Source: a virus
DNA length: 64,000 nucleotides
IMG/VR virus record: IMGVR_UViG_3300011271_000002
Location: 32,001 to 96,000 of that record
Reading direction: 5' to 3' (one strand)
This document shows positions 18,341 through 27,248 of the stretch, piece by piece (positions within the stretch are counted from its first letter, which is position 1; each line of letters begins with the position of its first letter). Both the position numbers and the translations under genes were made by a program. The notes under the pieces are model-generated. The model did no database searches, was not told the origin of the DNA, and worked only from the letters and a program-made list of their open reading frames with translations.

Positions 18341-18796
18341 TCACGGAATCACCATGCTAGTTGAACCCTGCGGGAATTGCTCCCTTACGGTCTGTGCCAA
18401 AGAGTCGGCAAATGCGGCTATGGCCCGTTCCGCTGAACTATCAAACGCCACTCTCATAAAAGGGTGTGGAGCGATCATCCCCTCCGCTTTTTTTCCCGGC
18501 TTGTGGCCGATCATGCGATGCCCGTATTCCACCCACAGCGCGCGCTGGCCCATTTTGCCATAGCCGATTCTGGCCAAGCCGCCGCGGAGTTGATTGTCGA
18601 GAGTGATCTCCATCATCCGCGCTGCCTTGAGTTTCCCTTCGCGGACCGGTTCTCTGATGTTGAGCTCGCGATTGATTTCCTGCGCGCCGGCGTTCAGTGC
18701 TTTAAGGAAACCAGTGGCCACGATGATCTTGGGTGCCTCGCGTAGCATCTTGCAGACATCCTCGATGCCGATGATCCGCGAGACCTCGCCAGCCAT
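18341..18796 (-). CDS. HK97 gp10-like tail completion protein
   Basis: PVREGKLK, WVEYGH, PHPFMRVAFD motifs. Confidence 0.85.
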   Translation of the reverse strand: MAGEVSRIIGIEDVCKMLREAPKIIVATGFLKALNAGAQEINRELNIREPVREGKLKAARMMEITLDNQLRGGLARIGYGKMGQRALWVEYGHRMIGHKPGKKAEGMIAPHPFMRVAFDSSAERAIAAFADSLAQTVREQFPQGSTSMVIP

Positions 18797-18805
18797 GAGT
18801 TAATC

Positions 18806-19294
18806 TTAGCCGCTTGCGGCAGCTTCGACCGGCAATGCTTCCGGGTTGGGCGTTGGTGACGCGGGCGGCGGCACTTCCGCAGTCGCAGGCTCGGGCGTTG
18901 GCTGTGACGGGGAAGGATTAAGCAGTTCGTCCAGGCTTTTCGGCTCGTTGCCCATCGAGACATTGTAGGCGTTTGCCAGGGCGGCCATCGCGATCCCGAG
19001 CCGATCGACGCGCAGCAGCTTGCCGGTTTCCTTGAGCGAATCTTTCTTGCTCAATCCAGGGAAAGCCGCCTCAGGCCCAGCTTCCAGCGCGGCGAAGAAA
19101 AGCCCGCGCAATTCCGCAGCCGTGATGCCGCCGCCCTCGCCCGTGATGCGGAGCAGCGCACTGAAAAGATTGCAACCGCAGATTTCCTCTACGTCCACGA
19201 TGGTGTTGAAATCGTAGGCGAGCGTCAGTTCCTCGGCATCGTCGTCGTCAAACTTGAATCGATAGTATTTCAGATCGTCTTTCGGTTGTGGCAT
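18806..19294 (-). CDS. Tail assembly chaperone (G-like)
   Basis: LTLAYDFNTIVDVEEICG..ELRGLFFAAL; between the tail tube and tape measure genes. Confidence 0.65.
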   Translation of the reverse strand: MPQPKDDLKYYRFKFDDDDAEELTLAYDFNTIVDVEEICGCNLFSALLRITGEGGGITAAELRGLFFAALEAGPEAAFPGLSKKDSLKETGKLLRVDRLGIAMAALANAYNVSMGNEPKSLDELLNPSPSQPTPEPATAEVPPPASPTPNPEALPVEAAASG

Positions 19295-19298
19295 GTGT

Positions 19299-19967
19299 TC
19301 ACCCTTGTTTTCTAAACTGCGCAAAATGTCTCATCAGGTATTCGCCAGTGATCGGCTGCTCACGCTGCTTGGCCCAGGGATGCAGCATGAAGGCGTCGGC
19401 ACGCAACGGCTCCTTCGGGGCCAATTGGCTGTAGTTCGCGTTGTTGGCGATGACCATCCCAAACATCAGTTCCCATTGTCGTAGATTTTCAATGTGCCGG
19501 CGCAGAAGTGCCTGAAGAAGTTTGGGCGTCAGATCAAGCCATTCGCGATCAGTGAGGCGAAGATTCTCGTGGGCCATCGCCCAAGCTTCTGGCCAACTCA
19601 ACGATTTGGCCTGTTTCGCGGATTCGCCTTCATCGGCATTTTCCGAATCTTCTTCCTCGTTTCTCTCTGGCATCGAGGCCTGCCAGGCTCTGAAAAGGAT
19701 GTTCCTGACATTCATCACGTTCCCGAGATGAAGGATTTCGCCGGCAGCCCGAATCGAACAATCAGCGCCAACGTGGGTAAGAATTTCGAAAAGCACGCTG
19801 CGGAGCGTTTTAGCCGCTGGGCGGACAAGGTTCAGATTTCCTGCCAAGACGTCCAGGCCGGTGCTGCTTTCAAGTTTCAACAGAAGCTCGTGCGTGAAGA
19901 GAATTCGCCAGCGTCGGCCGCCGAAAGGCAATTCGATCACCGGGCTGAGAATTTCGGCTATCGTCAC
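19299..19967 (-). CDS. Tail assembly chaperone (G-T-like, single ORF)
   Basis: G-like N-domain, acidic linker, T-like LRLTDREWLDLTP segment. Confidence 0.65.
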   Translation of the reverse strand: MTIAEILSPVIELPFGGRRWRILFTHELLLKLESSTGLDVLAGNLNLVRPAAKTLRSVLFEILTHVGADCSIRAAGEILHLGNVMNVRNILFRAWQASMPERNEEEDSENADEGESAKQAKSLSWPEAWAMAHENLRLTDREWLDLTPKLLQALLRRHIENLRQWELMFGMVIANNANYSQLAPKEPLRADAFMLHPWAKQREQPITGEYLMRHFAQFRKQG

Positions 19968-19976
19968 ATGGAGCGA

Positions 19977-20420
19977 TTAGACGACTGTTTCGGTAATGGT
20001 CCCGCTGATTTGGACATCGGCCATATATTCGATGGCCTTGTTTTGTTCGAATGGGCCGTTCTCGTACTTGGCAATATAGCCGATGCCGGTGCATGTGTAA
20101 ACCTTGCTGCCCTTATCCACCGGCGCGGTAATCTTCCACGAAAAAACTGTTTGGGCTTGGGCGAGCGCCAGGAGACTCAACTGCGAGGTGTCCCCGATGA
20201 AATTTCCAGCGATTGAATTCAGGCCAGGCTTGATTAGTCCGGGAATGAATTCCTCCGTTGCGTTCGGAGAAAGCAGATGCGTCGTATCTACCTGCGGAAC
20301 ACTCACCTGCGCAGGCTTGATACTTTTCACCTCAAGCATCGCATTGTAGCTGCCAGGACTGGCTACAGTGCCAATGTAAAATACCGCTGTGTTGCCAGTG
20401 TTGGCGCGAGATGCTGCCAT
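19977..20420 (-). CDS. Major tail tube protein
   Basis: VDTTHLLS..EEFIPGL..PG, C-terminal VQISG; GGAG SD. Confidence 0.88.
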   Translation of the reverse strand: MAASRANTGNTAVFYIGTVASPGSYNAMLEVKSIKPAQVSVPQVDTTHLLSPNATEEFIPGLIKPGLNSIAGNFIGDTSQLSLLALAQAQTVFSWKITAPVDKGSKVYTCTGIGYIAKYENGPFEQNKAIEYMADVQISGTITETVV

Positions 20421-20490
20421 GACATTCTCCTTGTCTTTGGGACTTCTAGCTACCCATCATATCCCTAAAAGCAAATCTGCGTGTAAATGT

Positions 20491-20898
20491 TTAATTCGCC
20501 TGATTGAACCAGATCTCGTATTCGATCATCCGGCGAAAGGTTCGGCTGGCATCGTCATAGGGGAAATCCATCGGTTCTTGTTCCATCAGGCAGCTTTGCA
20601 CGAACGTGGAATCTGGGTCCGATAGCGTCCCCCTGAAATTGTTCAACACTACGTCAATGGCGCTGGCGAGAGTGATCGTGCCCGCCTGATCGTAAGCGTA
20701 GCAATCTATCTGTAGACGCCGATGCCTTGGTCCTCGTTCGCCAGCCAGCGTGTGATCGGGCGTTCCTCCAACATAGAGATAGGTCCAACTGGGCAGCACC
20801 ATATCCTTTGGCAACTGGCCCAGGAAGCCTCCGCTGGCAGCGATCGCGGCCACGGCCGGCGTTCCCTGTACCAGCACGCTGATGCCTTGATCTATCAA
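20491..20898 (-). CDS. Tail terminator / completion protein (DUF3168-like)
   Basis: RLQIDCYA..LASAIDVVL..YDDASRTFR; TTG start overlapping the GT stop. Confidence 0.82.
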   Translation of the reverse strand: MIDQGISVLVQGTPAVAAIAASGGFLGQLPKDMVLPSWTYLYVGGTPDHTLAGERGPRHRRLQIDCYAYDQAGTITLASAIDVVLNNFRGTLSDPDSTFVQSCLMEQEPMDFPYDDASRTFRRMIEYEIWFNQAN

Positions 20899-21635
20899 CC
20901 CACAAGGATATCATTGGATTTCTTCACCCACTGATGCGTGCGCACCAATTCCTCATATTGTTGATGCCAGTTCATTGCCCGTTCGGCAGGATCGTAGCGG
21001 GCTATCCGCTCCTGCAATACCTTTCGGGCGCCCTGAACACTACCGCGGATTGGGTAGTGTTTGAGAACGAAGCGCTCCGGATAGACATGCATTCCGGGGA
21101 ATGTCGCGATATGCCCGCCGCTGGAAGTGAGATTGACTCGCTGAGTGTTTCGCCAAGCCTTAACGTGATGAAGCTTCGAATCCAGATGGTCAAGAGTGAA
21201 GCTTTGGAAGTGACGCTCGGGATCACCTGTATACAGATCATCGGTCGGGTAGAATTGCAAAACCTGATGATCCACTGCGTTATAGCCGGCCGCCTGGACC
21301 CGCACGAAGGCGTCCTTCAGTGATTCATCAGGCACGGGACTTTTCCGGATTTCATCGGCGTCGTGATGAATGCACCAGGATGCGGTTGATGCCGCCGCTA
21401 GTTCTTCCACGCGGGTCAACAGCGGCCGCCACGAGTAGTATTGCGAAGGCCCGTCGGCCGGAAACTTCTCGAAGCCGACCAGCGGAAACTCCCGCACGAG
21501 ATCGGGGCTTCCATCGGTGGACCAATTGTCGATCACGTAGACGCCGATGCCCTGATTGATCAGATGTTGGATCGTGAAAACAATTATGTCGGCCTCGTTA
21601 AAACAAGTCATGAACGCTGCGACGGAAAACTTCAT
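20895..21635 (-). CDS. Glycosyltransferase family 2-like
   Basis: FNEADII..H..VIDNWSTDGS, HHDADE (DxD); ATGA-coupled start at MKFSVAAF. Confidence 0.85.
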   Translation of the reverse strand: MKFSVAAFMTCFNEADIIVFTIQHLINQGIGVYVIDNWSTDGSPDLVREFPLVGFEKFPADGPSQYYSWRPLLTRVEELAAASTASWCIHHDADEIRKSPVPDESLKDAFVRVQAAGYNAVDHQVLQFYPTDDLYTGDPERHFQSFTLDHLDSKLHHVKAWRNTQRVNLTSSGGHIATFPGMHVYPERFVLKHYPIRGSVQGARKVLQERIARYDPAERAMNWHQQYEELVRTHQWVKKSNDILVG

Positions 21636-22492
21636 GATTTTGTGTCGCTGCCACTGGCGTTCTTTGCACACCACTCTCGCAGGCGCTGGGCCCAATGCTC
21701 CGCGTCTTCGCCCTTGAATGGAGATCGATACAATACGCAGTCCACCGCGTGATGCGCTCCGGGCTCCGGTTTCGGGCGGCCTGGCTGACAATGCAGGCAT
21801 CTGGTCCTGATGTCGTGAATCTTGCTCGCGCCGTGAATTATCGCATAACAGGGCAGTGCGTGCCATGGCCGGATTTGATTCCAGGCGTAGACGATTCTAA
21901 AATGCCGGGCAACCATGCTCTCGAATTCAGCCGGCGTGAAATCGTGCCGGTGATGCGGATTGGTCGCCATCGTCGGGACAATCGGAGTCGAGACAATCAA
22001 ATGCCGAGCTCGCCTGGCCATCATGGCCAGGAACTCTTCGGGATTTTCCAAATGTTCCAACACCTCAAACGCCATCGCCCCGTCAAACTCCTCGTCTTCC
22101 TCGAGCTGTTCGGGACGCAGGAAAGTTCCCAGCTTGCCAGGCCGCTGCCGGGCAAGGGTGAGCGCGGATTCAGATGTATCGACGGAAACGACATGGCAGC
22201 CCGCGCGGGTCAACATCTCCGAGCCATAACCGACCCCGCAACCAAAATCCAGAATGCGGCCGCCGGTGAAGCACTTCCGCGCGAATGCGTATCGTTCAAT
22301 ATGGGCGTTACGTTCCCACAGATCCGGGCAGCGATCCACGTCAAGGGCACCGCCATCCGGAAGTATCCAATCCAGCGTCGGCAGATCCTCTAAATGCCCC
22401 AGTCCGCCGAAGCGAGACCGGGGAACGCGCCCTCCACCCGGCGCGTGAATATCGACTACTAAATCTGATTGCCCCATATGTCCAGTCCCCAC
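21632..22492 (-). CDS. Class I SAM-dependent methyltransferase with C-terminal Cys/His segment
   Basis: HIERY, ILDFGCGVGYG, FEVLEHL, VSTP. Confidence 0.88.
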   Translation of the reverse strand: MGTGHMGQSDLVVDIHAPGGGRVPRSRFGGLGHLEDLPTLDWILPDGGALDVDRCPDLWERNAHIERYAFARKCFTGGRILDFGCGVGYGSEMLTRAGCHVVSVDTSESALTLARQRPGKLGTFLRPEQLEEDEEFDGAMAFEVLEHLENPEEFLAMMARRARHLIVSTPIVPTMATNPHHRHDFTPAEFESMVARHFRIVYAWNQIRPWHALPCYAIIHGASKIHDIRTRCLHCQPGRPKPEPGAHHAVDCVLYRSPFKGEDAEHWAQRLREWCAKNASGSDTKS

Positions 22493-23136
22493 TTGGCCTT
22501 GAATAGCTCATGGTTGGCGCTGTAATCGCCGGGGCTTCGCGGATCCCCGCGAAACGTGCTCGGCAGACTAAGATGATCCACAAATACGCCATCCAGAATA
22601 CCGAGCTTCAGTCCAGCCCGTCGAACCCGCAGGCAGTAGTCGTCGTCATCGCCGCCATAACCGACGAAGCGTTCATCTAACAGGCCAATTTTATTGATCG
22701 TGCGCCGCGGTATGAAAACACACACGAAGCAACAGACGCGCGGTTCCTCCCTCAGCCCGACGATTCCAGCAAGGGGATTTTGATTTGGATTGCCGACATT
22801 ATTCGTGGTGGCCGAAACGAGACCGTATTCTGGATGCTCCTGCGTCGCGCGCTGCATCGCCGCGAACCCACCGGAGCTTTTCAGGAGTGCGTCATCGTTG
22901 AGCAATACCACATCATCGCTGCCCGCGGATTCAATCCCGATGTTTACATTGCGAGCAAAAACGAAATCTGATTCCACGTCTCTAACGTCGAATCCGTCCG
23001 GGGGGATCCAGTCATTTCCTTTCGAGCGGTCCCATATCACAATGATCCGGGATGTTTCACCGGCCGCGCGGATGGCCGCGACGCAGGCGCGGAGATTGTT
23101 CTCTGTTCTCGAAGGAATGATGATTGAGAAATTCAA
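22459..23136 (-). CDS. Glycosyltransferase family 2
   Basis: FSIIIPS, FARNVNIG, VLLNDD, IGLLDERF.GYGGDDDDYCLR; probable TTG start at 23136. Confidence 0.88.
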   Translation of the reverse strand: MNFSIIIPSRTENNLRACVAAIRAAGETSRIIVIWDRSKGNDWIPPDGFDVRDVESDFVFARNVNIGIESAGSDDVVLLNDDALLKSSGGFAAMQRATQEHPEYGLVSATTNNVGNPNQNPLAGIVGLREEPRVCCFVCVFIPRRTINKIGLLDERFVGYGGDDDDYCLRVRRAGLKLGILDGVFVDHLSLPSTFRGDPRSPGDYSANHELFKAKWGLDIWGNQI

Positions 23137-23810
23137 TGTGGACTGTCTTGCCCTTTGGGCTCGAATCTCGCGCCCGGGGCCCGCCGCCAGAAGGAAAGAT
23201 ACCACAGCAAAAAGCATGCGCCAGCGATCCACATCAATTTCGTGCTGATCGCGCTGGTCGTCACGGAGAAGTAGGCGGCCGAATTCATCCACAGATACAC
23301 AGCCAGGATGATCGAATGCCTTCCTTCGATCTTCATGACATGATGCCGACGGACGGGCAGGAGACTCAACGCCGTGAGTCCGCACGCCAGAAAGCAATCG
23401 ACGCCAGCCCGAAGTGCATAGACGATTTCGAGCCACGATTCCGGCCAGCGCGTTTCGGCGTGAAGCTCCAAGAATATCCAGGTGCTGGCGAAGGCCGACG
23501 CGCCGAATACCAATATCATCGATTGAAGATGAAAGGGCGTCCGCAAATGCATCCTTCTGGCGGCTTCATAGGAAACGACTCCGCGGAAGGCGATCTGAAT
23601 CACCATCGCGGTAATGGCGAACCGAGCGTAGAATTTATTTCCAGCCCTGAATTCTGCTAGACCGAAGAGGATAACGCTGACGATGAGATCGAACAGTAGA
23701 TAGAGATAGAATTTCCCGTACAGTGATCGCCAGGATCGTACTTTCATAGTCAGCGCGAATTCCGCGAAGAGCGACAAGCCCCAGGCGAGAGCCAGATTCG
23801 GATCCATCAA
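23133..23810 (-). CDS. Polytopic (6-7 TM) membrane protein
   Basis: About seven hydrophobic segments over 225 aa. Confidence 0.7.
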   Translation of the reverse strand: MMDPNLALAWGLSLFAEFALTMKVRSWRSLYGKFYLYLLFDLIVSVILFGLAEFRAGNKFYARFAITAMVIQIAFRGVVSYEAARRMHLRTPFHLQSMILVFGASAFASTWIFLELHAETRWPESWLEIVYALRAGVDCFLACGLTALSLLPVRRHHVMKIEGRHSIILAVYLWMNSAAYFSVTTSAISTKLMWIAGACFLLWYLSFWRRAPGARFEPKGQDSPH

Positions 23811-23815
23811 AGAGT

Positions 23816-24025
23816 TTACTCCTTACTGGATGGACTTCCGCTCGGCGGATTTCGTTTCGCTGGCTTTTTACCCTTGGGCTTTTTGGCCTTTGGCGCCGGC
23901 ACCGGTTTCTTCACGGTGGCGTCCGGGCATGGTGGCTGATCTGGGCCGCAGGGAGGCGGGAAATCACCGCTCCCCATTTGCATCACTTGACTCGTCATCG
24001 CGTTGTCTCCTTTGCCTGATTTCAT
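23816..24025 (-). CDS. Small Pro/Cys/Lys-rich peptide (probable start MTSQ)
   Basis: AGGAG SD before MTSQ; GSGDFPPPCGPDQPPCP followed by a Lys-rich tail. Confidence 0.55.
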   Translation of the reverse strand: MKSGKGDNAMTSQVMQMGSGDFPPPCGPDQPPCPDATVKKPVPAPKAKKPKGKKPAKRNPPSGSPSSKE

Positions 24026-24218
24026 TTCTTACGAAATTAAGTGACTCGATGTAGGCTCCCATGAAATATCTTCCGTCTTTGGTTAGAAGCCAGTTCTTGG
24101 TACGCTTTTCCGCGCCGCCAGCCAACCAAATCGATAGCCAGCCGCTCACTACCGCGACCATCGTGATCACGCTTCCGATGGCCTGAATAGCGGCGCCGAA
24201 CGATTGCCCCTGCATCAC
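23964..24218 (-). CDS. Small membrane protein
   Basis: One hydrophobic helix; start uncertain. Confidence 0.45.
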   Translation of the reverse strand: MMQGQSFGAAIQAIGSVITMVAVVSGWLSIWLAGGAEKRTKNWLLTKDGRYFMGAYIESLNFVRNEIRQRRQRDDESSDANGER

Positions 24219-24285
24219 AATAATGACCGCCGAAATTAGATCTCATTAACGATACCATGAACGGAAAATATGATCGGACTTTTTA

Positions 24286-24489
24286 TCAGGGCTCATCCTC
24301 TAGTTGACTGATAAAGTTCAACTGCGAGATATCTTCCGAGAACGGGTCGCAGTCGTTGTCGTCCGGCCATTCGTCGATGGAGCCGGGAGCGTTCAGAAAG
24401 TCCGGGGCATCGGATCGTTCCTTGGGCGAGCTATCAAGCTTCACCGGCTTTCTTCCGGGCTTTCGCTTGGGGTCTGGCATGATTGTCAT
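24286..24489 (-). CDS. Hypothetical protein
   Basis: ATGA-coupled; basic N-terminus, acidic C-terminus. Confidence 0.45.
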   Translation of the reverse strand: MTIMPDPKRKPGRKPVKLDSSPKERSDAPDFLNAPGSIDEWPDDNDCDPFSEDISQLNFISQLEDEP

Positions 24490-24692
24490 TTCCCGCTTCG
24501 CGCTCTCTCAAGTATACGCGCCGCGATTTCGCGAGCCGAACGTTTTGGCTTGGGTCCCGGCTTATCGACCCTATTGATAAGCGCATCTTTAATCATGCGC
24601 CCATGATCGAGTCTTCGCTGTTCGGACCATTTCGGATTTCGGGCCTGGAACCGTGCGAGTTTGCGGGCATAGATTTCCGATCCCTTGGCCAT
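24486..24692 (-). CDS. Hypothetical basic protein
   Basis: TGATG coupling with the RusA-like gene. Confidence 0.5.
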   Translation of the reverse strand: MAKGSEIYARKLARFQARNPKWSEQRRLDHGRMIKDALINRVDKPGPKPKRSAREIAARILERARSGK

Positions 24693-25309
24693 CAGGCCTC
24701 GCTGTCCGATGTTTCCGGCGCGTCGATCTCCTGTTCATCCGGCTCATCGGGCACGAGCGCGAGCTGGTCGCCATCGTCGGGCGGTAGAATTTCGAGGCAG
24801 ACCTCGATCCTTGGATGCTTGTGATCAACGTGAAGCCGTGTTCCGTCCCAGTGGCGAATGAGAACGTCATTCTGAATCAGACCTTTATAGACCTTGTTGT
24901 CCTTGGCCCCTGGCGGTCGCTTGTATCCGCCGGCCCTTCCTGTCGGGCAGTGACCGCCCTTGTGCGCTACCGCCGGGCATTCGCAATTAAGGCAATCCGG
25001 TTTAATCGAACTGTGCCATTCGAGGATATCCCCGAGGGCCTGCGTGAAACCGTTCCAGTCTCCGGAATTTTGCTTGCGATAGAATTGGGCCGAAATACAA
25101 ACGGGATCAGCGATCGGCATCGGAACGCCGACTGCGGCGAAGTCTTTGCGGAGTTTAGTGATGTGCGGTTTACATTCTCGGAACATGGTGGTGAAAGCTT
25201 CGCTGGGCAGGATGCGGACCATCCCACCTCTAATAATCTGACTGGCAGGAACCACGGAACTATTTTTCTTGGTTCGGGGTATGCAAGGCAAAGTGAAGCG
25301 GATTTTCAA
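24692..25309 (-). CDS. RusA-like Holliday junction resolvase with Cys/His insertion
   Basis: IRFTLP..P..KKN, GDWNGFTQALGDILE, LIQND..I, D..HPRIEV. Confidence 0.65.
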   Translation of the reverse strand: MKIRFTLPCIPRTKKNSSVVPASQIIRGGMVRILPSEAFTTMFRECKPHITKLRKDFAAVGVPMPIADPVCISAQFYRKQNSGDWNGFTQALGDILEWHSSIKPDCLNCECPAVAHKGGHCPTGRAGGYKRPPGAKDNKVYKGLIQNDVLIRHWDGTRLHVDHKHPRIEVCLEILPPDDGDQLALVPDEPDEQEIDAPETSDSEA

Positions 25310-25569
25310 TTGGTTCCCTGGCGCAAGAGCCTGCTCCAGCCCTCCATCTCTCGAAGTCGCTGGATCGTTTGCTGGGCGAACTCTCGCTCGTTCAAGCCTA
25401 GCTCTGAAGCATTTTTAGCGGCGGATTCCCACCATTCCAGAGCTGCAAAAGCATAGCGATCATAATCTGGCACGGCATCGTTATCATTCAGCGAAGCCGT
25501 GGTCATGTGCGCTTTCATCACGATCTGCGCCTCGGGACAATGCTGCAGGATGCGCTCGCGGGCGGTCAT
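25306..25569 (-). CDS. Hypothetical protein
   Basis: ATGA-coupled chain. Confidence 0.55.
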   Translation of the reverse strand: MTARERILQHCPEAQIVMKAHMTTASLNDNDAVPDYDRYAFAALEWWESAAKNASELGLNEREFAQQTIQRLREMEGWSRLLRQGTN

Positions 25570-25781
25570 GTGAGTTTGATCTCCACGCCGCTGATGCTGT
25601 CATCATCGAGCAGTAGAGCGTCCTCAGCGGCCTCTTTCTTCTCCTTGGCCGCCGCAATACAGGACGTGCAGACCTGGCCGTATATTTCCTCGGAGACGAA
25701 CTTGCCCTCGGTGTTGTGGCCCTTGATCAGCGTCAGGCAATCGTGGGACGGTACTTCATGGTCGCAAATGAGGCAGATCAA
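25566..25781 (-). CDS. Hypothetical Zn-finger-like protein
   Basis: CLIC...CTSC; coupled. Confidence 0.5.
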   Translation of the reverse strand: MICLICDHEVPSHDCLTLIKGHNTEGKFVSEEIYGQVCTSCIAAAKEKKEAAEDALLLDDDSISGVEIKLT

Positions 25782-26041
25782 TCTACAGGCTCCATGCGAT
25801 AATATCGCGCACCTTCCACATGTGACGAATCGTGGGGATTCCCTGAAAGTTCGTTCATTCGTACTATCTGTCGTGCGAATTCAGCGTGTGTCGAAGGCCC
25901 GATGCAACGCAGCGCGGTTCTGGTATCCTCCTCGTAGTAATCGCAACGATGAATCGAGCCGCGTTGGCAGTAGGCATGCATAGTCATGACCAAGAACCCC
26001 TGCTCGTTGTAAACTTGCGATGCTATTTCGTCTCCGCTCAC
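25778..26041 (-). CDS. Hypothetical protein
   Basis: GTGA-coupled. Confidence 0.5.
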   Translation of the reverse strand: MSGDEIASQVYNEQGFLVMTMHAYCQRGSIHRCDYYEEDTRTALRCIGPSTHAEFARQIVRMNELSGNPHDSSHVEGARYYRMEPVD

Positions 26042-26700
26042 GGCCTCACCCATAGAATCGGCTTGGCATTATCCGGCACTCGCATTCGCCCACGTGCCAT
26101 CGGGTGCAGCGGCTGGCCGGCGGAATTAACGCCGATGCAATAGAGTCGCTCATCAACATCGGCTCGATCATAGCCAGTTTCGTCCTCGTCCATGCCTGAA
26201 TAACAATACTGCTTGCCGAGAATTTCTGTCGGTTGACTGAACGCTTCCAGGCATTGCTCCAGCCACGGCTCGTTGCGCTTCACGGCCTCGGCACCGAACG
26301 CCACGATGCGGATCGAAGCCATACGCGCGAAGCGCTCGATATCCTTCAGATTGGTCTGCATATCGTCGCGAGCGGGATAGTCATCGGTCACTTGCCAGTT
26401 AGCGCGAAGCCACATTTCGGGAGGATCGCTCGTGACAAACGGATAGAGATTCACCGCGATATAGCCGCCATATCCCCAAGCCTTGCTGAAATTTATTATC
26501 CGCCTGCTAGTCGGATCCTCTTTGCTTTCGGATGCGTCCGACGGATTCAGCATCAACCACACCGCCCAGCGGCGAAGACCAACGCCATTATGCGGGCTCA
26601 ATGGACCGAGCGAACCGCCGTCCCACCAGCGCGAGAGATGCCGGCGGATCGTGCGGTCGCGCCCGAACATCGCGTCGCCATTGATTGTTGGTGCGCCCAT
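26038..26700 (-). CDS. DUF1643-like protein
   Basis: WLMLNPS.A....DPT.RR...F...WGYGG...VNLYP, QPLHP. Confidence 0.85.
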   Translation of the reverse strand: MGAPTINGDAMFGRDRTIRRHLSRWWDGGSLGPLSPHNGVGLRRWAVWLMLNPSDASESKEDPTSRRIINFSKAWGYGGYIAVNLYPFVTSDPPEMWLRANWQVTDDYPARDDMQTNLKDIERFARMASIRIVAFGAEAVKRNEPWLEQCLEAFSQPTEILGKQYCYSGMDEDETGYDRADVDERLYCIGVNSAGQPLHPMARGRMRVPDNAKPILWVRP

Positions 26701-27248
26701 TAGCCCTGCTCGGACATGAAATCCTCGGCGGACATGAAATCCTCGGCTTCGCTTGCGTTAATCATGGCGCAAGCTCTACATCCGCACTCGCCATCACACG
26801 TCTCATCGCATGATTCCGAACAGGTGCACTCCGGATCAACATCATCAACAGTAGGCGAACTGAGCGCAAAAGCCGGACCTGGCGCACGCTCGATAAGGAT
26901 TAACGGGCGCGGCGACTTCCGTTCGAGAGCCTGACGCGCCGCTTCCTCATTGCAGGGATTGATGGCGTAGAGCGCTCCTGGCGATAATAGTCTGGTCCTC
27001 GCTGGACTGGCGGCGCGTTTTACTTTGGACCCAGCCGGGCACCATTGCCGCAGGTCGTCATCCACGCTGCCATTCGCATATTCCGGAGCGGTGAGCACAA
27101 ATTCCCGCTCCGGAAGATCCGGCGTATCGACGCGAAACATGACCGCCTGACCATAGGCTTCCGTGGTGACGAAGCCGATTTCAATTTGACGGCCGAGAAG
27201 CTCAACTATAGCCCAACCCTCGAATTTATTTTGCAGATTCTCGTTCAT
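26700..27248 (-). CDS. Hypothetical phage protein
   Basis: WAIVELLG..IG..E..G...RVD.P; Cys-rich tail; 18-bp tandem duplication at 26711-26747. Confidence 0.7.
   Translation of the reverse strand: MNENLQNKFEGWAIVELLGRQIEIGFVTTEAYGQAVMFRVDTPDLPEREFVLTAPEYANGSVDDDLRQWCPAGSKVKRAASPARTRLLSPGALYAINPCNEEAARQALERKSPRPLILIERAPGPAFALSSPTVDDVDPECTCSESCDETCDGECGCRACAMINASEAEDFMSAEDFMSEQG

Noticed and set aside
26711-26747. 18-bp tandem duplication (AEDFMS x2)
   Set aside because: In-frame slippage in a disordered C-terminus; no sign of function.
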